DNA from: Macrostomum lignano
Lineage: Eukaryota
Direction of reading: 5' to 3'
Assembly (NCBI GenBank): GCA_002269645.1
Contig: NIVC01002464.1
Span: 1 to 28,028, forward strand
Length of the DNA stretch: 28,028 nt
A program made the translations under genes and the position numbers. The notes under the pieces are model-generated. The model saw only the letters and a list, made by a program, of their open reading frames with translations. It ran no database searches and was not told the origin of the DNA. Each line of letters begins with the position of its first letter. Within the stretch, counting starts at the first letter, position 1. Positions 1 to 10,000 of this stretch are shown one piece after another.

Positions 1-35
1 GAAGGGCCTGGCTGCGTGCAGCCTTAGTCTATGGG

Positions 36-365
36 CCATAGACATAAAGGACAAGCAAAGTGATAAAAAGCCATCCAATGTGAGAATCGATTGGTCTATG
101 CGTTGTATTCTTTTATTTTTATACCTTCTGAGCTTCTGAGCCATATGACTAGCCAATCCTAGCTTATCCTTTATAGTCTATGGCTCATAGACTAGGCTGA
201 ACGCAGCTAGGCCTTCGTATTCAGCGTAGGCAGGATTCTCACATTGGATGGCTTTTTATCACTTTGCTTATCCTTTATAGTCTATGGCCCATAGACTAAG
301 GCTGCACGGCAGCCAGGCCTTTCGCAGTTAGCGTAGGCAGGATTCTCACTTTGGATGGCTTTATT
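36..365. mobile_element. Cluster of MITE-like elements with CCATAGAC...GTCTATGG termini
   Basis: 36-183 is bounded by CCATAGAC-ATAAAGGACAAGC / GCTTATCCTTTATAGTCTATGG. Positions 1-88 are the near reverse complement of 234-323. There is a ~104-bp direct repeat at 162 and 266, and head-to-tail GTCTATGG-CCATAGAC junction palindromes. Confidence 0.55.
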
Positions 366-546
366 CTCAGTTAGGCTGACAAAACCAATACTTAAATGCA
401 TACGAGTTTTTTTACTTATTGAAGTTGGCCATAGATTATTGCAGCGAGCGGGATGCCGTGCGTTTCTCCCCGTTTCAACACGCCTAGGCTAACTATAATA
501 CCCTTTTTCACGTTCAATTTTGATCAAAGTCCAGTTCTAAAAAAAC

Positions 547-670
547 TAGCGGAAATTCAATTCAGTCCATTTAGACTGGGGCCCAGTCTAACCCAGTTCA
601 AAACATTCTAACCGAAGTAAGGTTTAGGCCATAGACAAAATTATCCTCAGTCTGAATTGAATTTCCGCTA
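547..670. mobile_element. ~120-bp MITE-like element, possible TA target duplication (Tc1/mariner-type)
   Basis: Perfect 19-bp inverted repeat TAGCGGAAATTCAATTCAG (547-565) / CTGAATTGAATTTCCGCTA (652-670). The outer TA could be the TSD. Confidence 0.55.
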
Positions 671-885
671 TTATGAATGAAAACATTATATAAGCCATAT
701 TTGGAATTTGGCCCATAAACACTGAAAGAAACTGCGTCCCTATTTCTATCTCGCTGAGCAAAAAAGATTAGCTGACTGACTACAGTTCTCTAGCTATTTC
801 GTTGTGTTGTTTCTTAAACCTAAAAGACAGGCTTTAGGATCAAGCCTTCCCTCAAGCACGAAGCCTTGAATGAATCAGCTCGGAC

Positions 886-1170
886 CATGGAGGAAAGAAT
901 AGACTGGAGTGCTAATCTGAGCCAGTTATTTTTGTCTCGCTCGATCTTAACTTTTAACATCCGCTTCCCCCCGTTCTTTCCTATTGGCTCGTGACTGCCA
1001 TAGACAAGTATTTTTCGTCTCGTTTTCGTTTTCGTTCCCCTCTGAAAGGCATGTCCCAGCACAGTACGAGCTCGCATCAAAATATGCTTTCAGCCAATAA
1101 ACAGGGGAAAAGGATGTTAAATATAAATAACAGGCTCAGATTAGCATTCCATTCTATTCTTTCCTCCATG
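886..1170. mobile_element. Non-autonomous DNA transposon (MITE), hAT-like
   Basis: TIRs CATGGAGGAAAGAATAGA... are 18 bp perfect and 43/46 identical. An exact 8-bp direct repeat GCTCGGAC flanks both ends (878-885, 1171-1178). Confidence 0.85.
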
Positions 1171-1224
1171 GCTCGGACCCACCTCCTCCACTCCCTCTCT
1201 CTCTATCTTATCCACACCAGAGTG

Positions 1225-2035
1225 TGGGTTGCACAGAAACGTAGAGCCGTCAAGATTTGATGCGTTGGAGTCAGTGCACAGCTTAGTTGTGTTGTATGCT
1301 GCAGCACTCGGGCAGCTCAACCGCTTAGGCGCCTCCAACAAGGTGTCCCTAAGGTGGATCCCTGGGCACTTGGGCCACCCTGGCAACGAGCTGGCCGATC
1401 GCCTGGCCAAGGCTGGCTCGACCGGTTTTTTTTCTGGTCCCCTGCCCGTGGCCCACACCCCCATCGCCGTTGTCACTACTTGGATCAACCAGTGGGTGGC
1501 TTCTAAGCACAGGGAGAGGTGGGCTAACGCCCCCGACTGCCGGCGATCACGCGCGGCTTGCAGGGCCGCAGGGCCCTGCTTGGACTTAACCGCAGGGACA
1601 TCAGGGCGGTGACCATGGCCCTCTCGGGTCATGGCTGCTTTGCCAGGCATCGTCACCTCCAGGGAAAATCCGCAGTGAGGCATCTCCTTTCTGCCTCTCC
1701 GGTGTCGAGAATGTGGAGCACTTTATCTGTGAATGCCCCGCCTTTACTCAGGACAGGCTCACCTACCTTGGCCCAAAACCCGGACCTCTCCGACGTTTTC
1801 AGGCCCGAGAATCTCTGCTAGCTCGTCCGCTACCCAAGGGCTACCGGGCGAGCGACCATCCACCTCCTGGACTCTCCGGAGGGGGACCGCGCTGCGGACA
1901 CCGGCACCACCGGATCTCCCTGCGCGACACCGCAGCACCAGCTGCCCGTGGTCGCCAGGGGTTAGCGAAATGGGCCGAAACGCCTCCTCGCTGTTTCCAG
2001 ACGCACGGAGCCCCCTGCAGCTAAGTCAAGTCTAA
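1225..2035 (+). mobile_element. 5'-truncated, frameshifted non-LTR retrotransposon (RNase H + C-terminal CCHC knuckle; I/Loa/R1-like)
   Basis: [25 protein letters not shown] is the RNase H C-terminal motif. In shifted frames it is followed by [14 protein letters not shown] and FC....[11 protein letters not shown]. The putative 3' UTR ends in a short AAGTC repeat near 2030, so the 3' boundary is approximate. Confidence 0.85.
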
Positions 2036-3177
2036 TGCTGCAGTACGGGTGCGATCCGTCGCTCCAGTTGTTGAAACGTGTCAAAGCGCATTCTACGAGT
2101 AAAGCGCTGAACAAAGTCGCCATCGTTGTCCATGAACGCTCTCTCAATATAAACACGAGACCGGCGTAGTTCGTCGTCTACTTCCCACAATTGGAGCAGA
2201 TCCATGATGCAAATGCTAGTTCTAGTTGGCTTTTACCCTGCTTTGAGGGTGGATTAAAATTTTTTTATATAAGAGCTTTGTCAAATTGGATTCAGCACCT
2301 CTGCTCCTCTGCTACATATTCTGTGCCTCTGCTACACAAAAATTGTCTATGGGCATCGATGTTTGATGAGTGGTAGAACAACAGTGCATTGTAAAATACA
2401 TGTAGAGATAGCTTCGTAAAATTGGTCTCAGGACGCGAATGCGCCCGAACACGCCCTGGGCCATAGACAGCAGCTTGGTAACGTAAAGCTGCATGCATCT
2501 GCGCACGACTTGGCATTGAGTAGAGAACTATATGTAATGGTCCAGCGAAGTCGAAGTCAAGCGGATTATCAAATTTCAAAAGATGCAAGCTTACAATGAG
2601 TCTGCGGAGCTCGGCAGCAACCGCACCGACATTTGCGCCCAGCCGATGGACAAAGCCGTTCAGAAAGTCCTATGGGTGCTGAACATCTACACCATGCTGA
2701 CATTTCTGTACTGACAGTATTCTGTGCTGACATTTCTGCTGACATTTTTTATTGATCTGTCGCAATGTTAACCAGCGTCACGACGCTCAGGTTCGCGCCG
2801 TGGCCAAGGTGCTGCGCAGAGCGAAGCCGTCTGACCTGCTGAATACCACGGAGAAGCAGGTGCACATAGCCAAGCAGAATCACAGGAACAGTATGAGCAC
2901 CTCCGCGGCTAGCTTCGGCCTGAGACAGCTGACAGGACTGAGCTCGCATCAGATTATACCGTGATGAGGATTAGCGCTCGGAAATCTGGAGTTCGCAGTT
3001 TTCACTTCGCTCTGAGCTCGAAACTCTAAACAATATACATATATAAGGGTTAAATATTGAAGCATAATATCGAATTCAAAAGTTTTTTTGACCTTTCTCA
3101 TCATTTCCATATTGCTAAGGGTATTACTGTAAAATACTGTCAAGCATATTTTCAAATGTGTTCAAATCAGCACAGTT

Positions 3178-3381
3178 CAACACACACAGGGTGTCCAGCT
3201 CAACACACACAGGGTGTCCAGCTCAACACACACAGGGTGTCCAGCTCAATACACACACAGGGTGTCCATCTCAAAACACACAGGGTGTCCATCTCAATAC
3301 ACACAGGGTGACCATCTCAATACACACACAGGGTGTCCATCTCAATACACACACAGGGTGTCCAGCTCAATACACACACAT
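3178..3381. repeat. ~23-bp minisatellite (CAACACACACAGGGTGTCCAGCT), ~9 copies
   Basis: Direct inspection; unit length varies with the CA run. Confidence 0.95.
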
Positions 3382-3882
3382 AGGGAGTCCAACTAATCTT
3401 AACTCAGCCTGATCTGATCAAGTTATCCGACAAGACACAAAAAGAAGTTTTCATAGAGAGTAAAGATTTTCAATTTGTCACGCAGGCCTGCCGCGTAGAG
3501 AATCTTGTTCTCCATCAAAATTTTAATCTTGTTAAGCAATCAATCTCGCCGAGTTGCGCGAACAGGACAGGGCAAGCAGGTGTTAATTAGCAATCCTGGC
3601 TGCTTGAGCTTTGATCAATCATGTTTGCGTGCAACCCTGCCAAAGCCTAAAAACTGAATAAATTTGATCTGGGCGTGCCTGAATGGAAAAATTCAGCCGT
3701 TTATCAAACAGTTATCACCAAGGGTTATCTATTTCACCTGTTTACTAATTAGCCTTCCAACCATTACCTGCTCATTAGTTGGAAGATGACGGATCACGAT
3801 TTTAGGAAGCTGAGATTTCACTGCTTATAAAGCGGACTGCTCAGTGCGGTGTGCTCAAAGCTGTCGCTAGGCCGCCGAAGTC

Positions 3883-4071
3883 ATGGTCTCGGTTCGCATA
3901 GTGGACACCGAAGAGTGCCGGCCCAGCGTGAACGCCAGCGAGGTGCACGTTGGCATCGTGCCCTCCGTGCTGCGCTACGAGGCCTGGCTGATCTTCATCT
4001 TCTTGGCCCTGTTCGCGTTCGGATTGGCGAATTCGTTCAACTTGATGCGGCGCTACATCTATAAGGACAAT
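3883..4071 (+). CDS. DUR3-like exon 1 (MVSVRIV...YIYKDN)
   Basis: ATG at 3883, one hydrophobic segment, donor GTGAGC at 4072, phase 0. Confidence 0.8.
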
Positions 4072-7000
4072 GTGAGCTCTTGGCTGTCCATCCGTTTGCG
4101 TGTGGGTCATAGAGGGGCTGATCACACCATTTCCGTGCGGGTCATAGAGGGGCTGATCACACCATTTCCGTGCGGGTCATTGAGGGGCTGATCACACCAT
4201 TTCCGTGTGGGTCATTGAGGGGCTGATCACACCATTTCCGTGCGGGTCATTGAGGGGCTGATCACACCATTTCCGTGCGGGTCATAGAGGGGCTGATCAC
4301 ACCATTTCCGTGCGGGTCATAGATGGGGCTGATCACACCATTTCCGTGCGGGTCAGAAAGGGGCTGATCACACCATTTCCGTGCGGGTCATAGAGGGGCT
4401 GATCACACCATTTCCGTGCGGGTCATAGAGGGGCTGATCACACCATTTCCGTGTGGGTCATAGAGAGGCTGATCACACCATTTCCGTGTGGGTTATACGG
4501 ACTGATCACATCATTTCCAAGTAGTTCACACGAGCTCGCACATGTTGTGCATTGATCTGTTTATTTCCGTATCGGTCACAGTTAAAACTGAATTTCCGCG
4601 CCGTTTCATGACCTGCTGATTTCCGTATGAGTCATAAGGTTGATCAATTCATTTCCAAAAATAATTTCATATAAAATGTTCTTTTTACTTCCTGATTTGA
4701 GCTACCAGTTGTTACCAGAGCATGAATTTCTCGAACACGGTGCTGAGCCGCCGCAGTCTGCGTTCATTCGTAGCAGGAGATCACCGCGGCAGGCCCTGGC
4801 TGCAATCTGTGCCCCAGACTGTTCTTTGTTATCGGATGAACGCAGGCTGGGGCCGCAATCGACTGGCTTTGCCCCCATCGCCCACGAATTGCTGCACTGA
4901 TCATCCACTGGGCCTTTCTACTCCAACTTGTACTCGGCAAGCTCCATCCCAATTGAGCATGTCTGTGACTTGGACATGACCCCAATGGATCATGTATAGG
5001 ACTTGGACATGAACCTAATGGATCATGTATAGGACTTGGACATGAATCCAATTGAGCATGTCTGTGACATGGACATGAACCCGATGGAGCATGTCTGTGA
5101 CTTTGACATGAACTAGTTTCAGCATGTATCGGACTTCATCAGATGCAGAATTAAAAAACATTAAGATAGCCAGGCTAAGCGCACATCCATGAGCAGAGTT
5201 GGCTGAACTTACAGGACGTTCTTGACGCCACATTCGACGCTGGAGGCAAGGTGAGCATCGGCCTGACGGCTACCACCATCGTGTCGCAGTGGACCTGGGC
5301 CGCCACCCTGCTGCAGTCTTCCTCCATCGCTAGCAAGGTGAGAAAATACTTCTTGATTGGATTGGGAATCAGAGTAGGAGATTGGGGATCAGAGTAGGAG
5401 ATTGGGGATCAGATAAGAGGATTGGGGATCAGATTAGAGGATTGGGGATCACAGTAGGAGATTGGGGATCAGATTAGAGGATTGGGGATCAGATTAGAGG
5501 ATTAGGGATCAAATTAGAGGATTGGGGATCGGGGATCAGATTAGAGGATTGGGATCAGAGTATGGGATTGGAGATCAGATTAGAGGATTGGGGATCAGCT
5601 TAGAGGATTGGGGATCGGGAATCAGATTAGAGGATTGGGAATCAGATTAGAGGATTAGGGATCAAATTAGAGGATTGGGGATCGGGGATCAGATTAGAGG
5701 ATTGGGATCAGAGTATGGGATTGGAGATCAGATTAGAGGATTGGGGATCAGCTTAGAGGATTGGGGATCGGGAATCAGATTAGAGGATTGGGATCAGAGT
5801 AAGAGATTGGGGATCAGAGATGAGAATTATGTATTATAGGGGAGATGAGGGATAAGAGTAGAGACTTTCCAGAGTAAAGGAAGTGAGGCAGTTACTGGTA
5901 GGATGCTGAATGCTGAAACTGCGTGAATTTTCAGTACGGCATCAGCGGCCCATTCTGGTACGCCGCTGGCGGCACCCTGCAAATTCTCCTGTTCGCCATC
6001 ATCTCGGTGCAGCTGAAGATTCGAGCCCCAGGCGCCAAGACCTTCCTGCAGCTGATCCAGGCCCGCTTCGACAAGTCGACCCACATTGTGTTCTGCGTGT
6101 TTGCCCTCATCACCAACATCATCGTGACAGCGATGCTGATGCTGGGTAGGTTCGACCGCTGATCTGGGAATCTGGGTCACCAAGGTGACCGAGTTTTTAT
6201 GCTCTTGATAATTCGGCATTTCGGATGTTTTATTTCATCATTTATCCACAAATTCAATCATTTATCCGCAAATTCGATCATTTAACCTCAAATTCGATCA
6301 TTTATCTACAAATCCAATCATTTGTCCCAAATTCGATGGTAATTTATCCTCAAATTCGATAATTTATCCTCAAATTCGATAATTTATCCTCAAATTCGAT
6401 AATTTATCCTCAAATTCGATAATTTATCCTCAAATTCGATAATTTATCCTCAAATTCGATAATTTATCATCAAATTCGATAATTTATCCTCAAATTCGAT
6501 AATTTATCCTCAAATTCGATAATTTATCCTCTAATTTGATAATTTATCCTCAAATTCGATAATTTATCCTGAAATTTGATAATTTATCCTCAAATTCGAT
6601 AATTTATCCTCAAATTCGATACTTTATCCTCAAATTCGATAATTTACATGTCCTCAAGTTTGTTTATTGATCCCAAATTTGTAAGCTTTGTTCTAAGCTC
6701 AATATTTTCCGAACACAGTATTATATTCCGAAATGTTATACTTAAATCGGTGAGCCAATGCTCTATCCAACATTTATTCGCGGCAAACCTTTTATCCCAA
6801 AATGAACCATTATTTAGAATTCAAGATGGGAGTAGCATCCTCATAGCCACTAAACCCGGGTCCATAAAAAACACCTCCAGGCGGCACGGCCGTGATGACC
6901 AATCTCATCCAGGAGTTCTCCATCGAAGTCGGCACCATCATGACCTGCGGAGTGATCGCCTGCTACACCTTTATCGGCGGCCTGGGCGCCACCTTCTATG

Positions 7001-10000
7001 TCAGCTATTTCAACACGGCGATCATCTTCATCATCATGCTGATCTTCATCATGAAGATCTACTTCGATCCCAACGCTATGTCGGAGGAAAATCCTCTGGG
7101 TGTGTAAGGCGGCTGATGGCGGTATAATTATGAATTATATGGTTTTATTTGTTCTCTTCTATCGGCTCTGGCTATAGACTTTGAGTATCTAGCCTCACCG
7201 CTAGTCGTGGGACTGGATGTTGTCGAAGGCTTGATGTCACTATAGTCTTTATCCGACTTCAGACAGGTGATAGAGTCTTTGTCTTGGGGTCGGTAAAGGC
7301 GAATCCTGAGCTCCAGGCCAGAGTTTCATACGTGTAGCCAAAATGAAATACAATATGGGAGCATCGACAGTTCTTGCTTGCATTCTCACTGATTTCAGGC
7401 AGCTCAGACATCGCCTACGAGTACCTCCGCTGCGCCCTGGCTCCGGAGGGCAACTATAACGGTTCCTATTTGACCTTCTTGTCGCTAGGCGGCCTCATGT
7501 TCGGCATCATCAACATCGTCGGCCTATTCGGCACCGTGTTCGTCGACCAGTCCTACTGGCAGTCCAGCGTAGCCGCCAAGCCGAAGGAAGGCGTCTGGGG
7601 CTTCTTGTCCGGCGGCCTGGTCTGGTTCGCCGTGCCGTTCGGATTCGCCACCACCACCGGGCTGGCGTACATTTCGCTGAGCGCCAGACAGGGCACCCCG
7701 CTGCTCACGCCCAGTCAGGTGCGGTTTTGAGTAGCAATAGGGGGGAGACTGGGATGGATGCTGTGGGTAAAAACCCGAGTACAGGAGCGAGCTGCATCTG
7801 AATTTATCTGACTATCAAAAACGAAACGCGGTCACCTACCGGCTGCACGCAACCAGCTTCGTCCAGCTTCCCCGCCAGCTTCGTCCAGCTTCCAGTAGTC
7901 TGTCATGTGCGTCCTTGACCACTCCTTTAAGTTCCTTGCAACGGTAGCTGAAGAACTTTCTGCATCGGCTCAGGGCAATAGGATCACGGGCGGCGTACGT
8001 GGTACTTTAGCTTCCTGCTGTGCATACATGTCCTTCGCATCCCGACTAAAAAAATGTTTCCAACCATAAGAATAATAGTAATAACTAGCAATCAGCGCCC
8101 CCCGTTGGGGAGCCAAAAAATGCAGTACAAGTTGTTTTAATAAACTACATGTAGCGTCTCTTTGCTTTTTTCCCCAGCAGTCCCTTGTAAGCCTTGACAT
8201 GTCAGCGATTCCCCCCACAAGCCTTAACATATCAACTCCCCCCTTGACATCTCAGCGATGCCCCCATAAGCCTTGAAATCTTAAAAAATCTGTCTACTTT
8301 CTAACCCTAGCCTAACCCTAACCCTAGCCTAACCCTAACCCTAACCCTAACCTTAACCTAACCCTAACCCTAAAGCATTGAAATTTCAGTAATCCTCTCT
8401 AAGAGTCATTATAGCACTACTACAGCATTATAGCGATTCCCTGCAAGCCTCGACCTCGTAGGGATTCCCAAATGAATCTATTAACTTCGACATGAAGCTT
8501 CTTTTATTTTTTACATTACACGTTTTCTATCAGCGATTCCTCCCGTGAGGAGCCAACAAATAATGTAATAAAAAGTTTTCAATAAACTACATGTAGCTTC
8601 TGACTTTAGCCTTGACATCTCATTTATTCTCCCGTGAGCCTTGACATCTCAGCTATTCCCCCCGTAAGCCTTGACATGTTAGCGATGCCCCCATAAACCT
8701 TGAAATCTAAAAAATCCCCTGATAACCTTGAAACCCGATAAAATCTAACCCTCAACCCAAACCTGACCTAAACCTAACTTTAACCCAATCTAAAGCCTTG
8801 AAATCTCAGCAATTCTTCTCCCCTAAGCCTTGACATTTTAGTGATTCCTTCTTTAAGAATCACAGCACTATAACGATTCCCTCCAAGCCTCGATATCGTA
8901 GCAATTCCCAAATGAATCTTTTAACTTCGACATGACTTTTCTTTTATGTATACATTGATTTTTTACATGACGCTTCTATGATTTTTCACAACCATGAGGC
9001 CCCACACCCAAGACGTGGAGAGTGTAATGCTTTGCGCAATAAATCAAAATGAATACAGCCGCGCACGAAATCGAAGCAGGGGTCAGACTCTCGTACACAC
9101 CTGTCAATCCAGGTGGACGAAGGTCTGGTGCCACCGGTGATCGCTCAGCGCCTTCTTGGTCACTCCGGGGAGATCATGCTGGTGACGGCCATCGTGATGG
9201 CGATTACATCGACCGGCTCAGCCGAGGTGATGGCGGTCACCTCCATCTTGGTGTACGATATCTACGCCATCTACTGGAAACCCTACCGGTCCACCACCGA
9301 TATGAATACCTGCATATTGTGCGGCAGGTGAGGTCAATTTGTTTAACATCCTTGATGTGTAATCGATCGAGTTAGGGACAATCGATTTGTAACTGGAGTT
9401 TTTAATCAAACATCCTTGATGTGTTCCTGGCGTTATTTTTAATCCATTAGTACCCGAAGGGGTGTTAGCTTGTACTATTATTTGTTGATTGCGCAGCTAC
9501 CACTTCATGTGGTATATTACATACTTTTTCGAGTACACCAATTGTCTTAAACAACAAGTTAAGCTTGAGTTCCACTCCGACCTTCAAGTGTAGTTAAATC
9601 TCAGAATACCGACCTTTCTTGACTGCTTTCTTTGACGTTGGCCAGAATCGCGGAATGTTATTGGGTATTACAAATCTCAGAATACCGACCTTTCTTGACT
9701 GCTTTCTTTGACGTTGGCCAGAATCGCGGAATGTTATTGGGTATTACTCCTCCAAAACGGGGTACTACTGAAAAGGTTGCTACCCAAATTTGGTTATTAA
9801 TTAGCTCGAAACGTCAAAAACCCTGACTAATAATCGAGTTTTGATATCCTTGGTGCGTGGTAACTAATCGGTTAACATCTTGAAGCACTGAAGTGTCCTT
9901 GAAGTGTAAGCGATTGAATCTGCTATATGGAACTTGTTAAAGTCTGCTTCAGAAATCCCAGGTCGAGTTCGGGAATCCCTCTGTATCTAACTGATACACT

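Noticed and set aside
1955-1990. GGCCGAAAC as a hammerhead half-site in the retrotransposon 3' UTR
   Set aside because: No upstream CTGAnGA partner.
3826-3845. TATAAA plus TCAGT as the DUR3-like core promoter
   Set aside because: The spacing (15 nt) is too short for TATA-Inr, and such motifs are common by chance.
4104-4519. 35-bp repeat as a CRISPR array
   Set aside because: No unique spacers, eukaryotic intron context and no cas genes.
4690-4945. GC-rich stretch in intron 1 with short ORFs on both strands
   Set aside because: No recognisable motif or consistent splice structure; possibly an old repeat remnant.
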